Source of the DNA: the human T2T-CHM13v2.0 reference genome, Homo sapiens
NCBI RefSeq assembly: GCF_009914755.1
Contig: NC_060947.1
Direction: 5' to 3' (one strand)
DNA length: 64,000 nucleotides
The stretch's first letter is position 1; each line of letters starts with the position of its first letter. Of the stretch, positions 13,960 to 30,514 are shown in pieces. The notes below the pieces were generated by a model. It did no database searches, was not told the origin of the DNA, and was given only the letters and a program-made list of their open reading frames with translations. Made by a program: the position numbers and the translations under genes.

Positions 13960-14455
13960 GACTGATGCTGTCTTTATTTTTTGTTAAGGCTTGGAAGCCT
14001 CTTAGGAATCTCGCTCGCCTGTTCTGCACTGCCCACCGCATTCGCAGGGAGCCACAGTCCACCAAGAGAAGACCTGTTGTTTCCTCAAAGGATCTCAGAG
14101 CTATGTGGGCTTGCTTGGCCTTAGAAGAACATCCTGTGGTTCCTTCTGCCCTTCCTCCATCCTTCAGTATATGCCACATATGCACTGGGTGACGGTCCAA
14201 AGGAAAAAAATATTGGGAGGTGGTTGTCAATTTTCTGTATGGCTGTGGAGGCTGATATTTCTTCACACCTATCGATGTGCAGTCATTCAAAATCTGTGGC
14301 ATTAAGCTGGGTTTTCCTTAGACCTAGCTGTGTCTGACTCCTTCATCACTTGTGGTTTTATGGCCAGTGTCCCCTCTTTCCTAAGAGAAGTTTATGTACA
14401 AACGGTTTGCTTCAGATTTTTTTTTTTATTTTTTGCAGTCTCTGCTCTCCAATAG
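13960..14455 (-). mobile_element. Probable ERV-class solo LTR, family not recognised
   Basis: GC-richer ~0.5 kb block; minus-strand AATAAA near 13975 and a ggccataaaacc motif. Confidence 0.3.
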
Positions 14456-15301
14456 GTTTAGCAAAGCTATCATGATATAACTGATCAACTCAGAAGAACA
14501 AATGGCTTACACAATTTTCTATCTGAACAGGAATCATCACTTCTGCAAGAGACTTTAAATAAAAATATGTAACAAAATTTCTGTATATGAGATAATTGTA
14601 TAAATGTGTATGTATGTGTGTATCTGTTTCTATATATGTGTGTGTGTGTTTCACTATATTTAAAGGTATTAGAGGTGCTAAATATTTGGATAAAATCAAT
14701 TTTGAATTTCGACTCAGTCAGTGATGTTGAGCTAGTTCCAAAATTTCTCTAAACATAATTAATTTCAATCTGCTCAATATATAGTCATTTTCAGAGATCT
14801 GCTGAGAGTTTAATATTCCATTTACTGGCATTTGGAGAGGATCTAGCTAATAGTAAGTCATCACATTAATTTAGCTATAATTATAACCTATGCTTATCAT
14901 GGTAATCAATCACAATAACTTTATTCATAAAGTTGAGATCATCATCCTATATGTAACATTCTAGATGTAATCCCAACAGAACAAAATTACTCAAATGTGA
15001 AAAATAACTCTTAAAAATAATGTATTTTCAAGAGCAGACACAGCTTTAGGGTGTCTTCATTGTAGACTAAGTAGAATAGAGTGTTACAAAAGGCATTATA
15101 GATAGAATAAACTAACAACTTAAAGCTTTTAAACTGGGCTGACCCCAATTAAGATTAACCCTTTTATATAGAGAAAATTTGGACACCTGCCATAATTGCT
15201 TGAAGTTCCAAATCTTTATAACATTACGATTATTTTTACACACACACATGCAGAAATGTGAGGTGCTTTACGTACTGAAAGTAGTCTGATAATTTATATG
15301 A

Positions 15302-15713
<412 letters not shown>

Positions 15714-16152
15714 TCTTTTCTTTCTTTCTTTCTTTAATATCAAGCCCTAGAGGTTAATGAAATTTGTGACAGAGTTTGAGATAGACACAAAGTTAGTGAA
15801 TCTGAATAACACATTAATTCTTGCAATGGAAACTTTACTATAATGTAGAATTTTTTAAAATGATGTTAAATAATTGTAGTTACTTTTATTTTGTGATTTC
15901 ATTTAATCTTCTTGATAACACTGGGAAGGGATAATGGTTGCACTCTGCTGAACGAGCATGTTGGAAATTGAAAGTGTTGCCGTCAGGTTTATCTAGTTCT
16001 GTCTGATTTTGTGAAAAACAAATATTGCTACATGAGCACTTATCACTAAGCCCTTCAAATTATATGGAAAATGTACGCATGTTCAAAAGTACGTTTTTGT
16101 AGAGAGATAATATATAGGTTTCTTCTCACAGGGAATCTTGACACTCTCTCCC

Positions 16153-16592
16153 TGTGATGGTTAACACTGAGCGTCAACTTCATTGGATTGAAGGAGGCAA
16201 AGTATTGATCTTGGGTGTGTCCATGAGGGTGTTGCCAAAAGAGATTAACATTTGAATCAGTGGCTGGAAAGGCAGACCCACCCTTAATCTGGGTGGGCAC
16301 CATCTAATCAGCTGCCAGGTTGGCCAGAATATAAACCAGGCAGAAAAATGTGAAAAGACTAGACTGTATTAGCCTCTCAGTCTACATCTTTCTCCCGGGC
16401 TGGATGCTTCCTGCCCTGGAACGTCAAACTCCAAGTTCTTCAGCTTCGGGACTCCGGCTGGCTTCCTTGCTCTTCAGCTTGCAGATGGCCTGATGGCCTG
16501 TTGTAGGACCTTGTGATAGTGTGAGTTAATACTCCTCAATAAACTTATATATATATATAATTTGTTCTGTCCTTCTAGAGAACCCTAATACA
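16153..16592 (+). mobile_element. MLT2A1 solo LTR (HERV-L)
   Basis: tgtgatggttaacactgag...ctagagaaccctaataca, 440 bp; TSD ctccc/cttcc. Confidence 0.9.
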
Positions 16593-17648
16593 CTTCCTCT
16601 GCCAAACATTAATATTTAATAGCCTATGGCATCTTACACATTTTTCTTTGTGTAAGAGGATCTAGCAGTAGGCATTATTGAATGTACTTAATTTTCAGAC
16701 CATTTTACCTATAAAACAACAAAACATAGTGCAACTTTAAAGGTCTACTAGAAAGCAAGGTTTTAATTTTTTTTAAGGAACTGTGTAATCATAGATTCAC
16801 TAAACCAAAATATAGCATTTTGATCAATCTGATGTTAAGAAAATGGAAGCAATACAATATCCCATGGTGAAATATGGTTATATTCCATTCTATTTCTATG
16901 GCTACCTTTTTAAAAATTCATAGGGGAATATTAATATTGATATGCAGCTGTATTGGCCTCTGTTTGTGTCACAAGATATTTTTGGGGCCTTCAATTTGTT
17001 CTTACATTTTATATCTGTATTCCAGTACAGTCTTGGAAGTCTGCATTGAGTGCAAGCCACACCATCCGATTATCATTCCTCCAACACTACCTGTGCATGC
17101 ACAAGTACCATGAGCAAAGCCAAATTAGTATGACATAAATAGACTCTAAAGGGCTCTAGCAATCTTTTTCCCATGGTAATACCTACTGTTGGCTTCACAA
17201 CCTCCCAGAGATTGCATATGGAGGCATACAATCTTTTACTTTACTTTTTAATACATCAACATTTATATCGAAGTCCATTTTCTTAAAAAGAGATAGTTCT
17301 ATGACTTCTAAAAAGAAAAAACACTTTTTACTCTTACTTTCAGTATAATGAACTCTAACCAATACTGGTCTAAAATCCAACATTTTAAATCCTTGGATTC
17401 TTCAAGTATGAATTTCATCCACCATGTATTTTACTGTGGGTGATTGATAGTTGGGATAGAGAAGTTCAGTTGTTTCCTCTGACTTTTTAATTTAGGAAAA
17501 CAGAGCAAAACAATACCAAAAAATCTTCTGTGTCTTTAGTTAGACACAAAGCTACTGAAAATAGAGACTGTTTTGTGTGTGCGTGTGCCCTGGAAGCTTA
17601 GTATGGGTAGTTTCTGGTCAATAAGATACTGGCAGAAAGGCTGTGTGA

Positions 17649-18855
<1,207 letters not shown>

Positions 18856-19329
18856 ACAGCTCAAGTTAAAGCTGAACAGCAATACAGGAGAAAGCTGGAT
18901 TCCAATGCCATGAATCTCCCACCTAAGTCTTGAAAGCTTGCATAAGAAATAAAAGTCCTCTTATTTTATTTAAGGCATGTGTTCTTGGCAACTGCTAATT
19001 AGTAAAAACTATTCCTAACTTAAGGTTTCCAAAACTTTTTTTCACCATCCTAGCACATAGAGTCAAAGATAACATTTCTTCACCCCAAATGGTATAAACT
19101 GATGAGTTTATTAATGTTCTCAGGCTTCTGGGATAGAGCCGATAGCCATCCTACTTCCTGACTTGTCATTACAAATATTAAAAGAATAAGTAACCAATAA
19201 CAAAGAGGATACATGACTCCCAATGTGGCGTGAGTAGTGCTGAAGAAGCTATGTTCCAACTAATAGAAGAGCTATTATGAGAAACTATACACATACCAAT
19301 TAAGTTCTATAACCTTCATTAATTAGCAA

Positions 19330-19930
19330 CACCAAGATTGGAAAAATAGTCTGGATCCACATAAGGATAAATTCTGTTTTTGAATAACAGGAACACATTG
19401 AATAACTTTGACCAAGAGGCAATGATGTTACAAAAAAAAATTATTTTAGGAATGTTAAAGTCCTAATAGCATGAAGAAAGTATTTAAGGTGAGAAAGAAT
19501 GAAGACTCTTGTGGGAGAATAGACAATAAGCATCAAGTGTCTAAATTAAAGCAGATATAAAAATGAAAGGAGAGATTTGAAAGACACTTTAAAGTCTTTT
19601 TGATGGATAGGTTGTAAAAAGTGGCCAAGTTTTAAATGTTCATATTTTATTCATGAATTACTAGGAACATGAGTATAGCATTAAAAAACAAACAGTAAAT
19701 ATAAGGAAAATAGCTTGTTTAGAAGATAATGACTTCATTTAGAATCACAATTTTGAGATGATTTCAAAATTTTAGTATATCAAGAATATCAATGGAAAGA
19801 CATAAGTTCTCAAAGAACCAATGAATATTAATATATGTATTTTCACAGAGGCGAGAGTCAAAAGCACTAGAGAAAATTGAACACCAGAATCATGATTTCT
19901 TTGTTTTTTTCTTATATTACTTTGCTATAA
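19330..19930 (-). mobile_element. Highly diverged L2 fragment
   Basis: GA-rich L2-antisense-like motifs (gataatgacttcatttagaatcacaattttgagatg). Confidence 0.4.
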
Positions 19931-19976
19931 CTAACTGAAGCTTCATAGAGAAAGTTCCACTTGAGCTGGTCCACTT

Positions 19977-20238
19977 AGACAGATATCGATAGAACTACAT
20001 ACACTAAAGAGATGATATGTATTTATATACATGAGTAGATAGATGCCATGGGTAGATAGATAATTAATAGATAGATTGATAGATCGATAGATAGGTAGAT
20101 AGATAAGGTGGATAGATAGAAGACAGATCAATAGATAGATGTATAGATATGACAGATTAATAGATAGAAAACGGATAGATAGAAACATAAATAGATGGGT
20201 AGATAGGTAGATTAATCGATGATAGATGGTGATAGATC

Positions 20239-20283
<45 letters not shown>

Positions 20284-20650
20284 CATAAGATAGATGAGTA
20301 GATAGCTGGATAAATGACAGAAAGAAACAGATGAAATAGATGGATAGATAGATTTGGATAGACAGATTAGGATAAATAATAGATTCGTATAGTAAGTATA
20401 AATACATTTGGAATATAGATGGACAGATAGCTTCAGATAGATGATGGATAGATGATAGATAGATAGATAGAGTGGCTGGTTGGATGGTTGAATGGATAGA
20501 TTCAGATTCACTTGGTAGATGACAGGTAGATAGCTAGATAGCTAGGTAGATAGAGATAGATGAACAAATAGATTGACAGGATACATAGGCAGACGAATAG
20601 CAATATGATATGTAGAAGATGGAAAAGACTGTTAGATGCAGAGAATTAGA
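19977..20650 (+). repeat. Degenerate (GATA)n block with perfect (GATA)11 core at 20240-20283
   Basis: Read directly. Confidence 0.97.
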
Positions 20651-22472
20651 TAAACAGCCTGAAGGAATGGACAGATCTCCAAATAGGAAGGTGGGTTACA
20701 TCTCCAGGTTGGCTAAACCAAAGTGCCATTTTCTAGATGTGGAGGTTTCAGGTCTCTGCTGTTGTTGTAGGTAAACACGTTTATGGAAACATGAGGTTTT
20801 GCAAAGGCAGTTTTCTTATTTTTTTAATCATATACACTCTTTAAAGAGGGTAATCAGTCATGACCACCTCAGGGATTTCTTCATCTGTGCCTAGTGTCTG
20901 TATTACAGTTTGGATCTTCATTCTCCAGGTTCTACATGTTTGAGAACAACTGTAAAGAAGGTTCTAACTTCCAGCCTCACAGGCATTTGTTCCTCAGGTG
21001 GGGTATTTTTGTAATATTTTGATAATTATTTGAATAGATGGAGTCTAGAAATGCTCCTTTAGTCTTTCCAACAATTTTGTAAGCAACAGATAACCTGCAG
21101 TGATTTCCTTCCTCCTTAAAATATTAAACTAACATTTGTTGCTGTAAATTTTAATAACGCAATATTTGTTATTGGTTATCATTGCAGAAAACATATTTAA
21201 GGGTGCCCATATGGAATAGATTATCTGCTCTTTTAGCATTTGAAGGCATTGCTGGGCTTATAACCTTTGGATAAAAAGGAATAATTGAATTTCAGGACAA
21301 GTAGTAGCAAAACAGTCATTTGTTGAAAGAGTACAGTTGAAGATTTTTATATCATGGACTTATATAAAACAATGCCCACCAAAACTTGGATATACAATTA
21401 CTTCCAAATGCTTGTAGGAAATTATGTTCCAAAAGCATTCATTCTGGAAACTTATTGTCCTTATCTGAAAAGAAAGGACAATATTACATGTGAAAATGTG
21501 GTCAAAATTGCATACACAGCAAAATTAAAGGCATGAGATTTTATGAACATCTGTAAGGCAATAAATTTGAAATGAAGATAAAATATTCTCAGAAATATAT
21601 AACTTTTAAAATTTATACTAAATATAAACAAAATTTGAATAGATCTGCAACCTTTAAAATAGTTGACTTGTTAATTTTAAATTTTCTTGTTGTGGCTATA
21701 ATATTATACTATTAAGTCCAGCTGAAACATTCAAGCTACATTTACCTTTAAAATTATAGAAACTCTTCCACAAAATAGAAATTGGGCAACCCACTACAAT
21801 TTCATGTTTCTAGTGAAAGCTTTTTGCCTGCATAAACCAGAACTTTATGCTTAAGAAAATTATAGATCAATATCACTTTGACTGTACTTTGAGATAGTGG
21901 TAAGTAAAATGTTAGATCACTGAAACAGTGTGTAAAGCTAAGGTTATGACATAAATGGCTTTGCTTCATCTGTGCAAAATACTTTTATTGCACAGTTCTT
22001 CCTTTCCATCTTGCCTTTTACAAAATTGTTCAGTTCTCACTTCCAGTTTTTTTTTTTTTAAATCATATGGTTCCCTAGGTATGAAAATGCACTCCAGTAT
22101 TATCACCTTGCAGGAGCTATGAGATTTCTTGCCCTCAGTCACAGATGGTTTATTTACCTTGCCTCACGATTGAAGCTAGTCATTAAGAATTTCTAATTAC
22201 CCAAGGAGTTCCATGCCAATCCCTCTGCTTTGTCAGTGATAAAATCTGCAGCTCTCTCATCCCCACACCAGAAACAGAAGATAAATGGTGAGAGATGCAA
22301 CAAAGAAATTTTATAAAATGTAAACTGTGGTCTAAGCCAAAACACAGAATACTATGTAGTCATTAAAAGATACACTTTAAAGAATACATGACTCTGTTAC
22401 AGAAGCAGAATATAAAGTAGCCAGTACAGTTTGCTCTCTCATTCTGTCTGTCATTTGAAAAAATCTCTCTCC

Positions 22473-22765
22473 TTTTTTTACTTTCTTTCTTTTTTTTTTA
22501 AGGAAGGATCTTGCTCTGTCAACCATGCTAGAGTACAGTGGCATGATCACAGCTCACTGCAGTCTTGACCTTCAGAGCCCAAGTGACCCTCCCTCTTTAG
22601 CCTCCCAAGTATCTGGGACTACAGGGATGGATCACCACACCTAACTAAATATGTAACTTTTTTGTAGAGATGGGGTCTAGCTATGTTGCTCAGTCTGTTC
22701 TCAGATGATCTTGCTTCCGCCTCTCATAGTGCTGGGATTACAGGTGTGAGCTACTGTGCCCAGCC
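22473..22765 (-). mobile_element. AluJ-type, diverged, with internal deletion
   Basis: gatcacagctcactgcagtcttgacc AluJ diagnostics. Confidence 0.92.
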
Positions 22766-22997
22766 TCCTCCTCTTTTCAGAGATCTTTCTATGCAAGCAT
22801 GAACAGGAATTATCTCCAGGTAGTGAGATGTGAGGTAACTACCATTTTTCTGTTTATATTTCCCTAAATTTAAAAAAGTTCTGAAATATAACAATATTTC
22901 AAAATGTATTATAACATATAATGATAATATTCACTTTAGAAAATGTTTAAGTTCACTCCCAATGACATACTGGAGTTGACTCTACCAATATGGTGGT

Positions 22998-23373
22998 TGA
23001 TATGGTGAGGCTTTTTGTCCCCACCCAAATCTCATCTTGAATTGTAATCTCCATAATCCCCATAATCCCCATGTGTCAAGGAAGACACCAGGTGGAGGTA
23101 ATTGAATCATGGGGACAGTTTCCCCTATGCTGTTCTCTTGATAGTGAGTAAGTTCTCACGAGATCTCATGGTTTTATAAGTGTTTGGTAGTTCCTCCTAT
23201 GTTCATTCTCCTTCCTGCCGCCTTATGAAGAAGGTAAGATTCCCCTTTGTCTTCCATCATAATTGTAAGTTTCCTAAGGCCTCCCTAGTCATGCTGAACT
23301 GTGAGTCAATTAAATCTCTTTCTCTTATATATTACTCAGTGTTTGGGCAGTTCTTTATAGCACCACTAATGCA
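22998..23373 (+). mobile_element. THE1D solo LTR
   Basis: tgatatggt...tccccacccaaatctcatcttgaattgtaatc...ctgtgagtcaattaa...ctaatgca; TSD gtggt/atggt. Confidence 0.93.
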
Positions 23374-23804
23374 ATGGTGAAGTTGAACTTTTAGGTGATT
23401 TCCTAAACAAGCTTTATTTCATGCTAAATTATTTTCCTTAATCTCTTTAGTCAATCAAGTACTTCACCAATCTATTTATTTACTTATTTAACCAAACTCA
23501 TTAGAAGTTTCTGAGCTATGAAGCCATTAATTACATCTACTCAGAATAGCAATGACTTTGTCTGAATTTGATTTTAGTATCACATGGAACGGAGGATGGT
23601 CAGTGAGTCTAACAAAACGCAGGCTTCATCCAACATTTGGAATATGATAGTCACTCTATTCTAATTATGGCATGACTGCTCTATGGGGTTTTTCATCCTT
23701 TGAGTAGTATGAGCTGCAATTCGCTGTATTTTAGAATGTCTTTAAGACACTTTGCCAGTCATGGAGTGATACTGCTGTTATTCGTGAGGCATTCATTTCA
23801 TTAT

Positions 23805-24280
23805 TGTGGAAATAAACGAAGACCACTGAAATGAGGACAAAGAGAGAATGTTTATTCCAGGTTTGCTAGAGCAAGGGAGGTACCCATCATCACTTGCATA
23901 TGGTATTCAAAGGCAGGCAGAGAAGGCGGAAAGTTTTATAGTGTGAAAACAAAAGGCCCCCGGTGTGCCCTCATTGGAGGTTGCTAGTGTTGGGAAGCCC
24001 TAGGTGGCTCACAAGAAAATGAAGCATCCTGTGTGATTGGTTGGAGGTCCATATCTGGCTTTCTGTGTTTCGTCGTGCTTGAGGAGCAGGGGAGGAAACT
24101 AGGGAAGCTGTCAGTCATTAATCAAGTCCTGGTGGTTTGGGGCTGCTACAGAGATGATAGTTAAAATCAGCTCCTCAGAAATGGATGATGTTGAACTTTG
24201 CAGACTGATCACTGCAGATTGCAGTTCAGAATTCTTTTTTATATATGGTCAGGACATGGTCTGAATATTCAGTGTCTTCA
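23805..24280 (-). mobile_element. MER31A/B ERV1 solo LTR
   Basis: tgtggaaataaacgaagacc...gcatcctgtgtgattggtt...gggaagctgtcagtcattaatcaagtcctgg...tcagtgtcttca. Confidence 0.88.
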
Positions 24281-24692
24281 TTTTAAAGTGCAAAGTTCCA
24301 CTGATGTAGGAAGAAGACATGTACACTGCAAAGTGCTTTGAGTGGCATCATCACAACACAGCTATGATGCACTGGCATTCTTTCTGGGACTGTGTTTTTA
24401 TAGTCAGGGCTGAGATATTAATATGGAATCATTTCATGGCCACACGCTGCAGTAATCTATCTCCAAATATAGTACTGGGTCTGCTTATATCAGACATGAT
24501 TTGGATGCTTAGAGAATTACAGATTTCTGGCCCTAATATTGGAAGGGTTCCATCATACTTGCATACCTCCATTTATTACTATATAAACTGCTTGAGACAC
24601 AACGCTATTATGAACTAGGCTCTAAAATTCAGCTATTAATACTAGTTCCCCAAATATAGTTCTATCATTTACTAAAAGGCAGATATTCCAAA

Positions 24693-25006
<314 letters not shown>

Positions 25007-25039
25007 TAAATGTTTTAAAGCTGTCTTAGGATCTATCCC

Positions 25040-25125
25040 CTGTTATGAAAAATGGAGAAAATAATACTACTTAGTTTTTTTAGAATCCTTTTGAGGATTA
25101 AATGACATATGTGTTATAATTAGAA
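25040..25125 (+). mobile_element. MIR core fragment
   Basis: aaaatggagaaaataatactac...ttgaggattaaatga. Confidence 0.5.
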
Positions 25126-26370
25126 TCATTTGATAATTCAATATTGTAAAATGCTGAATTTCATTTTCACAAAGGGAAAATGCAATATAGTTATAAGAAA
25201 AATTCCCTGTAAAAATATTTTATTGATTATTGGTCAAAAACAATAAAGGCTCAATGTAGAAAAAGAAAAGCATGGGAAAATATAACTAAGCAATATATTC
25301 ATTTGTAACACATAACATAGTATTTAGCCATTGCTAATATTTCACTGCATTTTCTTTCATATGTTTCTACCTACATGGAGATGCACACATACAATTGTAG
25401 ATAACACTGCAGGAGGATGGTCCTGTATCATATCCACTGGCCATGCAAGTCTATTGTCTCTCCACGTAGAATCAGTTTCCATCCAAGGCTGTCTCAAAAA
25501 AAAAAAAAAAAAGAATCAGATTCCATTGTCATTCAAGGTGCAAACTGACCCCTTGAAGACAAACACATCACACTGCTAGAAGACAGAGCTAAAATATGGA
25601 TGACTACGATAAAATAGGAATGAATGAGGCCCACATCTTTGTTACACAGCCTCTCTCTCTCTCTTTCTCTTTGCGTGTGTGTGTGTCTTTCCATTTGCTT
25701 TGCTTCTTTTGGTTTTTACGAATTAGTACCTCATGATCGACTCTTTGCTTCTACTTTGAAAGTCATATGGCATCAAAAGAAACTTATTGGGGAGGACTAT
25801 CAGGACAGTTTGCTCACAAGTTCATCTATTTTTGGCCAAAGAGGATAGCACCCATCACATGAGGTCCAGCTCAGTTCAGGAAGGAAGGAGAGATACTTGT
25901 AGTCCACAACCTAGAAAGTGTGAAGATGGCTTTGTCTAAAACAGAATCCATACTACTCATTTCTTCCAGAGGTTCTAGTAATTTGGTCCCAGCCATGGTT
26001 GGATTTTATCATCTGAGATGTTGGTCATGTCTTTTTTTTTTTCAGTTCTAACAATTAATTATATGTTGATTGTTTTGTTTCAATCAGCAAAATTTCCACT
26101 GTATGGGGCATATTCTGAGTATAGGCAGTTCTATCTTGGCTTTAGACCATTAGAGTAACACCGTAATTAATATCACTAGCTTAGATTATTTTAGATCCCA
26201 AGGCAGGGGCTATTCCCAGTCTCAGGGTTTTTTGGTATTCTTTCTCTTTGGAAGCCTAAAGAACATGAAGAGGCAGTGACCGACCAAGCTCTGTTACTCA
26301 TGGGGAGACAAGATGAAACAAACTCCATTATTCCAAAGAAATTAAGCATGAAGAGGAGAAGATCCAAGAA

Positions 26371-26502
26371 CAGTTCTATTTTTAGTTCTTTGAGAAATCT
26401 TCATACTATTTTCTGTAGAAGTTGTGCTAATTTACATTCCCACCAACTGTGTATATATGTTCCCTTTTCTTCACAGCCTCATCAGCGTTTGTTGGTTTTT
26501 TT
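26371..26502 (-). mobile_element. L1PB/L1MA internal fragment (~130 bp)
   Basis: agttctatttttagttctttgagaaatcttcatact...ctaatttacattcccaccaac. Confidence 0.85.
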
Positions 26503-27544
26503 CCTGGAAAACAATTTACCTTGCTTTTAGTGTTGCAATTATTTTAATACAATGTGTTATTCTTGCTTTATTATGTTTTATTTTATATCTCTACATCACA
26601 GAAATTAATAGGAATGCATCCTCAGGTATCTGCAGTTTCCATTTTCCACGTTTCCCCCCTGACACCTCTCAAGAGTGTTCAATTGCCTATGTAATGTATT
26701 CACTTACTATGTTCATTATCTATTGTCTATCTCCCACTTGTAAAGTATAAAATGTTAAGTGTAAAGTGGTTTTTCCCACTCTGGTCATTGTTGAATGAAC
26801 GACTATTCAGTTCTGAAAATATGGTTCATATGACACATTTCAATTATGTTCATTATAATATCTGTGAATAAACCATACAAGAATATGATCAAGCTAGCTA
26901 AGAAAATGTAGCAGACATTGGAATTTGTTTTTAAGTGGAGGCATGTCTTATGCCAGCTAAAATGTTTTCCTGTTAGGGAAAACACCCAGGAAATAATGAT
27001 CATTGGTTTTCTAGTGAAAAAATTAACTTTATTTAAAGTTCCATTCCATTAAGCCAGCATGTTGCTTCATTGGAGTGAGAGAAATATGACTTTTTTCAGG
27101 GCAGAATTTCCAGTAGGCCTTTTTAAAGAAATACCTACTTTAGTGCAGCATTCATGATCTCACATTTTTTAGAAGATTATTTCCAAATGTATAACTTTCT
27201 TTTACTGCTTCTACTCAACCAAAAATGTACATTAAAAGACACATTTTTCTGGGACACCTGTCCACATTTCCCATAGCCTTCGCTGAAGCATAAATTTATA
27301 GGAATGAAAAAACCCTCTTACCAGGGAAGCCTGGATTGGTAGGAAAGCATAGGATATTTCTGCTATTTATAGAAGAAAGAGCTTTCTCACAAGACAATTA
27401 GCAAATGTAAATATTTGCTTGTGTAAATTGTCTGACCTTTCATTTAGTCTTGGGGCCTAGATCTTTGAGTCTGAGTAGACTACCTGAAGAAATATGGATT
27501 TTATCTAAGCAGGAATTTAGACTTCCACCTTCTACCCTTCCATG

Positions 27545-27600
27545 TAGTTATATATACATATACATATATATATGTATATATATGTATAAATTGTATACAT
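27545..27600. repeat. (TA)/(TACA) microsatellite
   Basis: Read directly. Confidence 0.85.
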
Positions 27601-27631
27601 CATCTACAAGTACCATTTATATTTATTATTA

Positions 27632-28005
<374 letters not shown>

Positions 28006-28665
28006 GAATACAATAGTTGTCTGTCTAACAAACTGATAAAGAACCGAGGTTTTTTGTTTTTTGTTTTTTTAATAAAGTGAGAATAACCTACACACAGTAA
28101 GGAAAGCAGGTTGTATGGAAATCCATTAATGCTAGAATAGAATATGAAAGTTTTACTAACTAAAGTTAAAATGTAAACTTCCCAAAGCTAACACAGCTCG
28201 CTTCATGTCTAAAATTATAAAGTTCAGGGAGTGATCTTTATCATCTTCTGACTTGCCAGGGGGGAAATAAAAGAATTACATAAGAAAGAGTTCAAAGTGT
28301 AATGAGGTCATCCTCAAAAAATATTTTTCAGGCTAAACTTCAAGACATTCTTCAAGGTAAGATCTATTTGAGTGTGAAATTGCTTCCCAAGGGGCAGTGG
28401 AGAGAAGAGACCTAAATGATGTCATTTAAAACCATTGGAACTAGCCCTGGAGAGAAACCACTCTTAGGGGCTAATGGTCACTTATGTAAGGAACGTTCCT
28501 GTTCTCCAATGCTGTGATTATCAAATCCCAAGCGTTTGACTATTAAACTGTGTAGAAAGTGCAGCATCAATGAGTTGCATTCAATAGCACAGAGGACAGA
28601 TTGCTGGGTAACTTTTTCTAAACGTTTGAAATTGAAAGAGAAAACATAAAGGATGACCATTTTCT

Positions 28666-28850
28666 TTTTTTTGTTTGTTTCATTTATTTACTTTATATAT
28701 TTTTTTTATACTTTAAGTTTTAGGGTACATGTGCACAAAGTGCAGGTGTGTTACATATGTATACTTGTGCCATGTTGGTGTGCTGCACCCATTAACTCGC
28801 CATTTACATTAGGTATATCTCCTAATGCTATCCCTCCCCCCTCCCCCCAC
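28666..28850 (-). mobile_element. L1PA3-5 (L1PA4-like) 3' end, severely 5'-truncated
   Basis: ttatactttaagttttagggtacatgtgcac...cctaatgctatccctcccccctccccccac; TSD accattttct. Confidence 0.95.
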
Positions 28851-29972
28851 CATTTTCTAATCACCAATGGCAAATCAGATTCATTTGTTCCAATTAGTAC
28901 TCCTGAGTGTTTTAACGTCTGGATTTCTATCGTTTCTGGGATTGTCCACTATCTGGGAAGTCAACTGGAATCGTTTCACGTTTCAGTCTATCCACTGGGC
29001 TATTGGCTATGGGTGTTGTCTAATTTTCCACTGTCAGGTTAAGAACCAAAAAAGAGATTGAGATCGTCCTAACGACTTGTAGGTGGTGATGGTGTGTGGC
29101 ATCTAGTCCCCTCCCCTAGTGTCTCCCTTCAACCTGGCTGCATTTAGTTTTGCAATCATTTCTAAAATATTAGTCTTTTGCTATAGATTGTTAATTATTT
29201 GAAACCCAAGTTACCACTTAGATCTATTGTATCTTTAAATCATTTGGGAAAAATAAAATTACTCTAAGACTTCATAAAAAGATTTCTTTTTCTCCAAAAT
29301 GTTCTCTGCTTCCTAAAAGCTCCATCATTTTCTGGAATTTTTAAGGGTGAATAGGAATGACAATCAAGTGTAAGACAAACTCAGGTGTAGTGTATTTCCT
29401 TAGTAAGGGCTTTCTGAGAAAGAACATAATGAGAGAAAAGAAATTGGCCTAATTGCACTAATTGACTACATCCAGGTGGGGACTCTCATATTGCTTTGTT
29501 GGGTTTCCATAGGTAGAGAGCAACGATATCATCAATTTTAAATGTTAAATAAGCCCATTATTCATTACACACATACATACTCTTACAGCATTTTTCTTGC
29601 TGTTATTCATGTATTTTAGTGATTTTCTGACTGATCTGATCTATAGATAAGACTGTGTATAGATACAAGCTCTCCAGCATTAATTTGAATGTCATGAGTT
29701 TTCTTTGAGTTTAGATATATTTATTAATACTTCTCTTCTCCATGCAATGTCATTCAAAAATGTACTTATTGGTGATCTCAGGAAGAGAAAAAAAAGGTTC
29801 CTGTTATAAGTTATACAAAATAAATTGTGAGACTCTTAAAACATGAGGAAAAACTATCTTGGTTTAAAATAGAATAAGAAAACCTGAATTGTTAATAAAA
29901 ATAAAGGCTTCTTAAATAGATCTGTTAACCAAATCACATGGCCTGATGATGCCAAAGGAAGAAAGTAAGCTA

Positions 29973-30478
<506 letters not shown>

Positions 30479-30514
30479 ATGCAAAAACATTTAGATAGTA
30501 AAATTATGAGTAAA

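Noticed and set aside
13835-14302. 155-aa minus-strand ORF
   Set aside because: No recognisable domain; it overlaps a probable LTR and has no exon context.
19943-20511. ORFs rich in LSIY/YL repeats (also 35528-35743 and 37170-37541)
   Set aside because: Translations of GATA or TTCC simple repeats.
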